Shown here in pieces: positions 18,792-27,691 of a DNA stretch of 64,000 nucleotides. The notes under the pieces are model-generated. The model saw only the letters and a list, made by a program, of their open reading frames with translations. It searched no databases and was not told the DNA's origin. Position 1 is the stretch's first letter, and each line of letters begins with the position of its first letter. Where the stretch lies: positions 1,439,569 to 1,503,568 of the forward strand of contig OZ244034.1 in the NCBI GenBank assembly GCA_965215185.1, read 5' to 3'. The stretch comes from Acidimicrobiia bacterium (GTDB lineage Bacteria; Actinomycetota; Acidimicrobiia; Spongiisociales; ZC4RG35). The translations under genes and the position numbers were made by a program.

Positions 18792-19482
18792 ACATCAGAC
18801 CGACCGGCTGGTCATCTCCGATCTGGTGGGCAGGTTCAGGTCCGCCTCCAACGCCACGTTCCTTGGGCGAGATCCCGACGACGATCTTTGGGTCTACAAA
18901 CCGACCGCGGGAGTGCGCCAACTATGGGATTTTCCTGCTCACACCCTGACCAACCGGGAAATCATGGCCTATGAGGTGAGCACCTGGATGGAACTTGACC
19001 TGGTTCCCGAAACGGTGGAGGCCGAAGGGCCGTTGGGGTCAGGAGCAGCTCAGCGCTTTCTGGAACCTGATGTCGACTTTGACATTCGATTGTGGTTCGA
19101 AGACCAGATGCATCCTCGGCTATGGCCGGTGGCGGTGTTCGACCTGGTCGCCAATAACGCCGACCGAAAGCTCGGACACATGCTCAAGGAATCCAAAAGC
19201 GGACGCATCTTCGCTATCGATCATGGCCTCACCTTTCACACCCAGGACAAATTGCGGACCGTACTATGGGGCTTCGCCGGACATCCGATTCCCGACTCAT
19301 GCATGGAATCGGTATCCCGGCTGCGGGAAGCGCTGGTTGGGGAGATGGCGTTGCGGACCGCCGAGCTTCTCACCGAGATGGAAGCGGACGCCCTTCGCCG
19401 CCGAACCGAGAACCTTCTGGACGATCCCGTCCATCCCCACCCCCCGGTGGACCGCTCCGCCCTGCCCTGGCCCCTTTGGTGA
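18763..19482 (+). CDS. SCO1664 family protein (PI3/4-kinase-like fold)
   Basis: Third member of the conserved actinobacterial phosphatase/DUF3090/SCO1664 trio. Confidence 0.55.
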   Translation: MLMSVPPATEHQTDRLVISDLVGRFRSASNATFLGRDPDDDLWVYKPTAGVRQLWDFPAHTLTNREIMAYEVSTWMELDLVPETVEAEGPLGSGAAQRFLEPDVDFDIRLWFEDQMHPRLWPVAVFDLVANNADRKLGHMLKESKSGRIFAIDHGLTFHTQDKLRTVLWGFAGHPIPDSCMESVSRLREALVGEMALRTAELLTEMEADALRRRTENLLDDPVHPHPPVDRSALPWPLW

Positions 19483-19490
19483 CCTAATGG

Positions 19491-20219
19491 CTATTGGATG
19501 GCGGCCAGCGCGGAGAGAACGCCCTGACTCGCTGCCGGATTCAGATCAGGATCGGTGAGCGCCGCCTCCAAGGAGGGGACTTGGCGCATCAAGGCGTTGG
19601 ACACCACCGCCGCATCCTCGGTTCGGGTGGCCCGGGTGATTTCCGCCGTCTCCGACAATCGGTAGGCCAGAACATCCACGAAGGTGGCGATGACATCCAC
19701 CTTCCATAGCAGATCCTCCCCTTGGGCCACCGTCAGCTTGAAGGTCCGATCCTCTGGCGCCGAGGAGGGGGCCAGCCCGAAGTCGGCGAACAGCACCCCA
19801 CCCGCCTGATAACGGCGCTGGGAGACCGACACCAGATCCGCCACGGGGTTGGACAGAAACTCCTCGGTAACCTCGGTAAACCCTGCCCAGAAGTTGACTC
19901 CCACCCCCACTTCTCCTAGCTGCAGATAGTCCGAGACGATCTCGATATCGGCTCCCTCCGTCAGGGCCACCAAGGCCATCTGACCCTCCACAGTCATCCT
20001 TGCCGCCTCCTCCCATCGGCCAGCGGCCAGGGCCGACAAGAGAGCAGAGACGGTCTCCTCCGGCTCGGAGTATCCGGCGGGGGGAGGTGGTAGTGAGGTG
20101 ACAGGGGTAACCGAGTCCGAAACGCCGTCATCGCCGCATCCGGCCAGCCCCACCCCGGAAACCAACAGGGCCGCGGCCAGAATGCCCATTCTCACCGGTA
20201 GTAGGCGCAATCTGCCCAT
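19491..20219 (-). CDS. Putative lipoprotein
   Basis: Signal peptide with lipobox LAGC (MGILAAALLVSGVGLAGCGDD). Confidence 0.45.
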   Translation of the reverse strand: MGRLRLLPVRMGILAAALLVSGVGLAGCGDDGVSDSVTPVTSLPPPPAGYSEPEETVSALLSALAAGRWEEAARMTVEGQMALVALTEGADIEIVSDYLQLGEVGVGVNFWAGFTEVTEEFLSNPVADLVSVSQRRYQAGGVLFADFGLAPSSAPEDRTFKLTVAQGEDLLWKVDVIATFVDVLAYRLSETAEITRATRTEDAAVVSNALMRQVPSLEAALTDPDLNPAASQGVLSALAAIQ

Positions 20220-20740
20220 CAAGACAGCTTCCCGGTTTGTAGGAAGCGATTGCGCACCTGCGAAGACCCCAAACCTGACCTTCCCAACAAAACCCACAGA
20301 TAGAGGAGGCCGATCCCTTCGGCCAGCCATCGCCACGGATCGGACCCAGCCCGGGCTACCGCCCCAGGCCAGAACGGGAGCGTCTCAGCGGGAAACGCCC
20401 ATCCCCCCAAGGGCCACCACAGCACCGTCGTCTCCAGCCAGATCCCGTCTGCCACAAGGTGAATCAGCCATCCCACCATCATCACCATGAGATTGCGCCG
20501 GGCCCGGCCGTGACGATGGGTGAATAAAAGAACCGCCACGCCCACCACCATCGTCACCGCGAGGCTGTGAGCAAAGATCTCGCCCGAGGAGAACGTGGCA
20601 GCCCAGATCAGCGTCCCCACCGGCAAATCCAGCAGGTCGGGCGCCAACGCTCCAGCCAGCAACCATCGCAGATCCGCCTGCGGATCGCGAAACACCCACC
20701 GGAACCCGAAAAGAGCAGTAGCCAGATGCCAAAGGATCAC
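20219..20740 (-). CDS. Membrane-bound metal-dependent hydrolase-like protein (YdjM/DUF457-like)
   Basis: 173 aa, 4-5 TM helices, His-rich. Confidence 0.4.
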   Translation of the reverse strand: MILWHLATALFGFRWVFRDPQADLRWLLAGALAPDLLDLPVGTLIWAATFSSGEIFAHSLAVTMVVGVAVLLFTHRHGRARRNLMVMMVGWLIHLVADGIWLETTVLWWPLGGWAFPAETLPFWPGAVARAGSDPWRWLAEGIGLLYLWVLLGRSGLGSSQVRNRFLQTGKLS

Positions 20741-21189
20741 GAGTCCAGCGCCTGGTTGGCCAGCTGATCGGCCCAGCGGTTCTTCTCCCGGGGTACGTGT
20801 TCGACACTCACCTTCGGGAAGTCAGCCAACAAATGCAGGGCCCGCTGGTGCAGGGGTCGCAGTAATGCAGACTTGACCCGGTAAACACCCATCAGTTGAC
20901 GCACCAGCAGCTGCGAATCCGAGCGCAATGCCAGCCGAGCGGGGCGAAAGTCGGCGGCCATCTCCAATCCCTCCACCACCGCCTGATACTCGGCGACGTT
21001 GTTGGTGCTCCGGCCGATAGCGCGGCTCAGTTCGGCCACCACGTTGTCCGAAGTCGGAGTTCCCCGATACAGGACCGCCCCCACCGCCGCCGGACCCGGG
21101 TTGCCGCGGCAGGCTCCGTCCGTGTAGAGGAAGAAATAGTCGTCCACGAAAAGAGTTAGATCACCAGAATTCTTCGGCAATGCGGGCAC
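20737..21189 (-). CDS. rnhA: Ribonuclease HI
   Basis: DEDD residues in context: LYTDGACRGNPG, NNVAEYQAV, SDSQLLV, NRWADQLAN. Confidence 0.75.
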   Translation of the reverse strand: MPALPKNSGDLTLFVDDYFFLYTDGACRGNPGPAAVGAVLYRGTPTSDNVVAELSRAIGRSTNNVAEYQAVVEGLEMAADFRPARLALRSDSQLLVRQLMGVYRVKSALLRPLHQRALHLLADFPKVSVEHVPREKNRWADQLANQALDS

Positions 21190-21857
21190 CGGGCCGGATC
21201 GGTTTCCGCAGCCCCCTGACGCTCTGATTCGGAAAGCGCCAAATTACAACCACCACAAATGCTTCCCTCCAAGCGACCGGCTGCCACTCCTCCCTTGCTT
21301 CGGCGAAGGGATTCGTACATCTCCAGAATCTCGGAGGGAACCGGGTCGGCGAGTTGGGCTCGATCGGACCGCAGTTTCGCCAATTCGGCGTCGATCTTCC
21401 CCCAGATCTTGCGAACCACCTCTCCCAGATCGCTCTCCAAGGACCGGGCTGTTTCCAATTCGGCCGACAACTCCCCCAGGCGGACCGAGACCTTCTCCCT
21501 GCGTTCCATCACATCCAGCGCTTCGGACTCCCTTTCGGTGATACGTACGCGCAGCGACTGCACTTCCAGCCGACGATTCTCGGTCTCTTTGGAAGTCATA
21601 CCCCCGCCGAACAGCCGCTTTTCAGATATTTTCAGCCGCTCCTCCATAATTTGCAACTCACCGTTGGCCTTGTCGAACTGCAGATCGAGTGACCTTGCCT
21701 CCCCGAGAATCTCGTCATGCTCAGATTCGACAGTCTGCCTTCTTTGGTGCAACCGCCGAAATTCCTCCCACTCCGGCAGGGTCACTTTCCTTCGCTCCAG
21801 CCGATCGATCTCCAGATCAATGGCCTGCAAGGCCACCAGGTCGTAGGAGAGATTCAT
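21156..21857 (-). CDS. C4-type zinc-ribbon coiled-coil protein (COG1579, Rv2229c-like)
   Basis: Coiled-coil body and a C-terminal CGGC...CPHC zinc ribbon. Confidence 0.6.
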   Translation of the reverse strand: MNLSYDLVALQAIDLEIDRLERRKVTLPEWEEFRRLHQRRQTVESEHDEILGEARSLDLQFDKANGELQIMEERLKISEKRLFGGGMTSKETENRRLEVQSLRVRITERESEALDVMERREKVSVRLGELSAELETARSLESDLGEVVRKIWGKIDAELAKLRSDRAQLADPVPSEILEMYESLRRSKGGVAAGRLEGSICGGCNLALSESERQGAAETDPARCPHCRRILVI

Positions 21858-22969
21858 GCCGACAAACTCCCCATCCTGATTATCGGACCCGGACGCAACC
21901 CGGTCAAGTCCAAGGTGTCAGGCGCCACCTGCGCCACCAGTTGCGCCAGCCTCCTCACCCCGGGCCCCTCAGTGGCGGCGTGTCCCGGATCGATCACCTC
22001 CACTCCCAGGTGTGCAGCCTGAGCCATCTGATGATGAGAAACGTCTCCGGTGACGATAAGGTCAGCGCCCGTGGCCGCGGCGGCCGTCAGAAAAGAACCG
22101 CCCGACCCGGGTAGGACCGCCACTTTAGCCACTTTCCTATAGCCCATTCGGCCGCAGCGCATGCCCACCACCCCTAATGCTTCGGCCACTCGGTCGGCGA
22201 ATTCATCCGCCGGGATCGGCTCGCCGAGCATTCCCACCCGCCCCACCATGGGAAGGTTGGCCGACACCGGGTAGAAATCAAATGCCGGCTCCTCGTAGGG
22301 ATGGGCAGCCACCAGCGCGGCAGCCAACGCCGACTTTCTCGCGGCGGGGGCGATCATCTCCAACCGGACTTCAGGAACCCGGTTGCGCTCTCCAACCTCT
22401 CCCAACACCGGAGCCGCACCCTTTTGGGGAAGAAAGCCTCCCACTCCTTGGCTTCGATAGCTGCACCCGCGGTACCTGCCGATCTGGCCAGCGCCAGCCG
22501 ACGCCAACGCCTCGGCCACCTGCTCGGTAGACCCGTCGGGTACAAAGGTCACCACTTTGACTTGAGGGTAGACATCCATAGGCCCGAAGCCCCTCACCTG
22601 CTCCAAGCCCAGGCTGGCAGCCAGAGCATCGGCCGCGCCACCGGTACAGACATCAAAAGCGGTGTGAGCCACAGCCAAGGCCACTCCCATTCTCACCAGC
22701 CGGAAGGCCAGACCCTCCGGCCCTGGCCCGGCTCGCAGGGAACGCAGCGGTCGGAACAGGAGCGGGTGATAGGTGACCAAAAGGTCCACCGGCTCCTCCT
22801 CCAAGACCCCCAGCACCTCGGCGGTTACCTCGTGGCATACCCCGGCCGTTCTCACCGGCTGTTCGGGATCGCCAAGCGTCAAGCCGCTCACATCCCATTC
22901 AGCCGCTTGATCCCAGGGAATTGAGGTGGAGAGCTCTTCCAGCACCGCAGCAACCGAGCGTTCAGACAT
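21854..22969 (-). CDS. Nif3 family dinuclear metal-centre protein (GTP cyclohydrolase 1 type 2 homolog)
   Basis: NIF3 motifs (VTYHPLLF, VLPGSGGSF, TGDVSHH, IDPGHAATE). Confidence 0.75.
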   Translation of the reverse strand: MSERSVAAVLEELSTSIPWDQAAEWDVSGLTLGDPEQPVRTAGVCHEVTAEVLGVLEEEPVDLLVTYHPLLFRPLRSLRAGPGPEGLAFRLVRMGVALAVAHTAFDVCTGGAADALAASLGLEQVRGFGPMDVYPQVKVVTFVPDGSTEQVAEALASAGAGQIGRYRGCSYRSQGVGGFLPQKGAAPVLGEVGERNRVPEVRLEMIAPAARKSALAAALVAAHPYEEPAFDFYPVSANLPMVGRVGMLGEPIPADEFADRVAEALGVVGMRCGRMGYRKVAKVAVLPGSGGSFLTAAAATGADLIVTGDVSHHQMAQAAHLGVEVIDPGHAATEGPGVRRLAQLVAQVAPDTLDLTGLRPGPIIRMGSLSA

Positions 22970-23245
22970 CCGATAAGAAGGGTACCGCGCCCCACCACAC
23001 TATAAACGGGAAACCTATGACCCGCAATAGGCGCGGCAAAAGAGAAATGGTGGGCCTCCAGGTACTGCACCGCGAACTTTCGAGCCGGGCATGACGCTGT
23101 AGCCACTATGCCTCCCGGGCGCCTCGGGCGGGGCCGTACTCAAGGAGCACCGAGCAGCCGGCGATGTTGGCCAAGTCGGATTCAAGGTCAAAGCATTGGC
23201 CAGCCACGATGTCGCAGTAGGAGTCGAAGAAATGGTGGCCAGTTT

Positions 23246-23322
23246 GCCACCACCCCTGACCTGCGCTATAGCAGGGGGTCTCGGGAGGACACCACAATTT
23301 AAGGAGGTAGGACACCACAATT
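23246..23322 (+). repeat. Roughly 77-bp repeat unit copy A, containing two copies of the 13-mer GGACACCACAATT
   Basis: About 85% identical to 24398..24475; 13-mers at 23288..23300 and 23310..23322. Confidence 0.8.
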
Positions 23323-23848
23323 GGAAACCACTCTAGAACGCGGCCCTAGAGTGGCCGCCGGAGCGAAACTGAAAGCACTCGACCAAGAACCGGGGTTCCC
23401 ATGTAAACGTGCTTCCCGGCAGCCGTTGCACGGCAAGCCGACCTACCCGACCCGCTTTTCGACCCAACACCAAGACCCCGGCGGAGCGTTGCAACCACCG
23501 GCGGGAACCAGATGACCACTCCTTTTGCTCGCTTAGCTATTTAGGGAACATCCACTCGAAGTGTCGTTCGCCGGACTCTACATGAAATACCCAATCCTCG
23601 AACCGATCGAGGAAAACCACCAGTTTCTGGTCGTAAACCCCGTATCCGGCATGCACAACCACATTGGGCCGATCCTCTGCGTCCAAGCCCGTTCAGACAG
23701 TGTCGGGGTGAGTTCAACCGCTTCTGATAGGAGCATGGTCTCCAATGGATTAACCAGGACTGCATCAATGTCGAATTTGGTAATCCCGTATTTGAGAGTT
23801 GATCGAGTTATGTAATCGAGTTATGTAGGGGACATCCCTCAAATGTGC

Positions 23849-24136
23849 CTAACGAACAGGAAATAGATAAGTTTCCACGCCTGCCCTTTGGGTGGGATTC
23901 AGGAGGCTGAGGATATGGTCGCGGTCCTTGATCGGGCGGTTAGCGATTCGGCGAGCCGCTCTTTCTGGACTGAGAGCGTTCAAATAGTATCGCCAGTCGT
24001 CATCTGTATAGGCATCGGCCATGGCATCCGCGATTCGCCGTGCCTGCTCTATTTCCTCGGGTCCGGCGGACACCCAATTGCTGGGATCGCGGCCCAACTG
24101 GCAGATAGCCTCTATCTTCTCTGGTGTCCACCGCAT
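23849..24136 (-). CDS. Small hypothetical protein (95 aa) embedded among the GGACACCACAATT repeat clusters
   Basis: ATG at 24136 inside the longer ORF 23849..24349; longer-ORF N-terminus is just translated repeat sequence. Confidence 0.3.
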   Translation of the reverse strand: MRWTPEKIEAICQLGRDPSNWVSAGPEEIEQARRIADAMADAYTDDDWRYYLNALSPERAARRIANRPIKDRDHILSLLNPTQRAGVETYLFPVR

Positions 24137-24300
24137 GTAACCCAAGCATAAAGCTCCCGTAGCGCGCCCTTGAACTAGACGCAAAGCCGTCTTCTTTCCA
24201 GACGATGATCGTGGGACCGGAACCTCACGACCCGCGCTTCGGTTGTCATGGCTCGTCTCCCCGCAACCCCATGGCGAAGTCCTGATTCTGTGAACGGTAA

Positions 24301-24351
24301 GGACACCACAATTCTGAGAGGGGGGGATGTGAGAGGGGGGACACCACAATT
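24301..24351 (+). repeat. Middle cluster: two copies of GGACACCACAATT separated by ggggggatgtgagagggg
   Basis: 13-mers at 24301..24313 and 24339..24351. Confidence 0.8.
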
Positions 24352-24397
24352 GGGAAGCACCTATCCACGGTGTCTCGGTTTTGGTTGGTGGGGGTTA

Positions 24398-24475
24398 GCC
24401 GCCACCCCTGACCTGCGCCTTAACAGGGGTTCTTGGGAGGACACCACAATTGGGGCAGGGAGGACACCACAATTC
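24398..24475 (+). repeat. Roughly 78-bp repeat unit copy B, containing two copies of GGACACCACAATT
   Basis: Direct repeat of copy A; 13-mers at 24439..24451 and 24463..24475. Confidence 0.8.
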
Positions 24476-25347
24476 TGAACCTCGTGAATTCCTCCTCATG
24501 CTGGGGGATTTACCTGGCCCTTCGCGAATTCGTGGGGCGCGAGAACCTTGGATTGTGAAGCTCAGTGGCCCAACTGTGTCGGATGAAGAACCATCGGTTG
24601 AGCCTTTGCTCTCGCCCTTGACCATCCAATTACGGTGGGCTGGCGCGAAAAAGCTATTTCCCGAAGTCAGAGGATTGCCCCAGAAAGATTTTGGAAGGGA
24701 TGTCCGCGGTAGTCGTTCCGGCTCCAGCGAAAGCACCTCGATTCCCTACAGGTACCTGGCGTGGAATACGCGGCACACCTCTCCGGGTTGCCTGAAGTCT
24801 TGCCTCAGGCCCACTTCTATTTCTCGCCAAGCCTCTCCCCTATACCTACCACCAAGCGATAAATCCAGTGTGTTGTTTTGCCCCGTGTCCCGCATCAAGC
24901 ATATCAGTATACTCAAAATACGGGTACTAGAAGGTCTTTAGTGTATCATGTACGCGTCAAGCCGCCAAGACCAATGTGCCGATTCGTAGTCTCTGGCTTT
25001 GATGAACTCCATCATCGACAGCCCATCCTCGCCGTAAGCACCCATCTGCCAAGGGATAGTGAGTTGCTCTGATAGGTCAAAACTTTGGTAGCACACGATT
25101 ATGTCGTCCATAAGTTCTTATATTTGTTCGAAGTCGTATGCTGGTAAACCCGGTGGGCAGCACACGTTCTCGGGGCCCTCTGTGATCATTTGTTTCACGA
25201 GAGCATCCACATCAACACTCGTGGCAGGGCGGGCGGTCATGGTCATACTCCCCTTCATTGTACTATCGGGATGGGTTGCACGCAACCATTAACCCCCGAT
25301 GTTTTACCTTGTGGGAAAGCGAACAATAGCACCAACCTCGGCAAGCT

Positions 25348-25791
25348 CTAGCGGTGGTTGCTCGTTAGTTGATTGTAGAGGTCCTGGGGGCTGTGCCAGT
25401 TGTGTAGTCGTCGTGGCATGAGGTTGAGGTTGTCTTCGATGATGGAGAGGGGTATTTGGCCGATGTTGAGGTTGGTGCTTTTGGGCAGCCAGCGGCGGAG
25501 CATGCCGTTGGTGTGCTCGTTGGTGGCCCGTTGCCAGGGTGATCGGGGGTCGCAGAAATAGACCGAGAGACCGGTCTGCTGTTCGACAGAGCACCATTGG
25601 CTCATTTCTCTTCCTTGGTCCCAGGTGAGCGTTTTCCGCAGAGGTTTGGGAACGCGGGAGAAGGCGTCGCAGATGGCCTGGGCGGTGTGGGGAGCGCGGT
25701 AGCCGTTGGGCAGAGCGGCTAGGAGGGTGTGGCGGGTGACCCGTTCGGTGAGCGTTACCACCGCCGTGCGGTTGTGGGCGCCGATGATCAA
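25348..25791 (-). pseudogene. IS30-family transposase, C-terminal DDE-domain fragment (N-terminal about 200 aa missing)
   Basis: VVTLTERVTRHTLL, VYFCDPRSPWQRATNEHTNGMLRRWLPKST and NLMPRRLHNWHSPQDLY match the IS30 integrase core. Confidence 0.75.
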
Positions 25792-25935
25792 ATCGCCTCA
25801 CCGAGTGACCGGGTTCGAGGCGTTCCTCGATATCGGGAGGACGGTCACCGATGGGTCGGATGTCACCGAGTGGGCTGCGTTTTGCCTGTTCACAGCGGCT
25901 GCGTGGCTTCCGCCGCCTGCGGCGGCTTGGCCGTA

Positions 25936-26110
25936 CGTCTTCTGTGTTCTGGTAGATGGAAGGTAGGGGGGATCGACGTAGATTAGGCAGTCCTGGCCGG
26001 AGAAGCGCTTCATGACATCCAATGCCGGTCGGTTCTCGATTTCAGCGTCTTTCAGACGGTTTGCCAGTTCAGCCAACTCAGACGGAACTCGCTGCCATCG
26101 AATCGACATT
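25936..26110 (-). pseudogene. DNA adenine methyltransferase (Dam/D12-class) fragment
   Basis: IENRPALDVMKRFSGQDCLIYVDPPY corresponds to the Dam motif-IV region (DPPY); flanking sequence is unrelated. Confidence 0.45.
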
Positions 26111-26320
26111 CCGCGCGCGCTGCTTCGACCCGCGGTTCTTCCATCCCGTTTTCTTTGCCAGGTCGCTGGCGTGGGCCTGCCAAACCCGAACGACGAACCT
26201 GCGGGCATCTTCGAGCGAATCGCCGGTCCCCGTGTCCGACAAGTCGTATTACTCTCTTGACCAGGGAGTTGTCTCCAACAGCCAGCACAACTCGGCGGTC
26301 TGATAGCGCAGAGCACGGAA

Positions 26321-26986
26321 GAAGTTGACTACTTCTCCATTCAAGTCGTTGACAAGCTCATCCTCAAACTCCTCACCGAAGGAACGGGAGTCAACGCCAC
26401 CACCCGCATAGTCGGCTGTTCCAAAAACACCGTCCTCAAACTCCTCGCCGACGCCGGACGCGTCAGCGCCCAATATCAAGACCAAACCCTCCGGAACTTG
26501 GAATGCCGCCGCATCCAAGCCGACGAAATCTGGTCGTTCGTGTACGCCAAGAAAGACACCCAGACAGACAACCCCGAAACTGGTGATATGTGGACATGGG
26601 TACCGATCTGCGAAGACAGCAAACTCATACCGACCTGGTGGATCAGCGACTGCACCTACAACACTGGCGTTCTGTTCATGGAAGACCTCGCCAGTCGCAT
26701 GGCTCATCCCATCCAGCTAACCACCGACGGGCTCGCCGCATACCTCGACGCCGTCCAGGACTCCTTTGGTGACTGGATGGTCGACCACCGAATCCTCAAA
26801 CGCAAATACCCCACCGCCCAGACCGCTCGCACCAGCTACATCGAGCCGCAGAACCTCACCATGCGCATGAACATCCACCGCTACTCGCGGCGCACCAACG
26901 CCTTCTCCGGCGCCCTCTTGGTGCGGCAGGCCCCTCACTGCCGCATCTCTGGCGGCGGCCGGCGTGAGTTCGGAGCCCCGGGATAG
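26321..26986 (+). mobile_element. IS1-family transposase remnant (fused InsA-HTH/InsB-like frame, N-terminal zinc finger missing)
   Basis: LTEGTGVNATTRIVGCSKNTVLKLL resembles the InsA HTH; DEIWSFVYAK, ITTDGLAAY and IEPQNLTMRMNIHRYSRRTNAFS resemble InsB; no start codon upstream of the HTH part. Confidence 0.65.
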
Positions 26987-27572
26987 GGCCTTCGTGCGGA
27001 GGGAGCGCGACACCGGCATCCTCGAGGCGTGGGGCACTGTGAGTCCGGAAATCAACCAGATAGCTACGCGATGGAGGCGGAAACTCGCCGGTTTCCACGA
27101 GATAGTGGATGCCTTGGGGGTGGATGTCGGTCCTAACGATGCTCTCCGTTCGCAAGCGGGCATGTTGCTGTCAATGTGTTCGAATGCGGACCTGATGGAG
27201 GAATGGCGGGAGAGAAGGGAGAAACTCCGTCCCGAAGGGGAGGTTCCGGATTGGTACGGGCTCATAGCGGATGTGAATGAACCGGCCTGCATAGTGGCCT
27301 CCGTCCTCCTTGCCGGAGAGGCAAAGAGGCTACGGTGGGCGGGGGTGACCATGGCGGGGGATCCCTCTCCTGTTGATGCTTCTTTCTCCGCAACCGCATT
27401 GCGGTTCGGCACCTTAATAATGATTGTGGCGACCTCTATTGTTTTGACTTGGGTTCTGTTCCGAGGCGACCAAGCCACCATCCTCAAAGCCCGGGCGAGC
27501 GCCGAAAGCGCGGCGACCTGTTCCATTCTTGATGGTATCTGGAACGCAGATAATGACCCGCCATGCAGATAA
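26964..27572 (+). CDS. Hypothetical protein with one C-terminal TM helix (island cargo)
   Basis: 202-aa ORF; codon third-position composition differs from core genes; immediately upstream of the nucleotidyltransferase gene. Confidence 0.4.
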   Translation: MSSEPRDRAFVRRERDTGILEAWGTVSPEINQIATRWRRKLAGFHEIVDALGVDVGPNDALRSQAGMLLSMCSNADLMEEWRERREKLRPEGEVPDWYGLIADVNEPACIVASVLLAGEAKRLRWAGVTMAGDPSPVDASFSATALRFGTLIMIVATSIVLTWVLFRGDQATILKARASAESAATCSILDGIWNADNDPPCR

Positions 27573-27691
27573 GTTCCTTCAAAAGCTATTGACCCAGACC
27601 CCCGATGGGGCCAGGGACTACTCGGTCGACTTGCCCGCCTCGGGGAAATTGTCTTTGGTCGAGAAGATAGGGCTCCCTTATGATCCGCCTT

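Noticed and set aside
23321-23815. Plus-strand ORFs 23321..23515 and 23561..23815 in the low-GC island segment
   Set aside because: No RBS, no motifs, low-complexity translations. The region looks like degraded non-coding DNA with short imperfect repeats (for example GGAACATCCACTCGAAGTG versus GGGACATCCCTCAAATGTG, and tcgagttatgta ×2).
23849-24349. Longer version of the small island ORF (166 aa, starting MWCPPSH…)
   Set aside because: Its N-terminal 70 aa are simply the translation of the GGACACCACAATT repeat clusters on the minus strand (…NCGVL…). The start is more plausibly the internal ATG at 24136.
23000-25300. Possible CRISPR array suggested by the repeated 13-mer
   Set aside because: Spacing between copies is irregular (22, 38, about 90, 24 and about 970 bp). 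The repeats are only 13 bp and there are no cas genes, so this is not a CRISPR.
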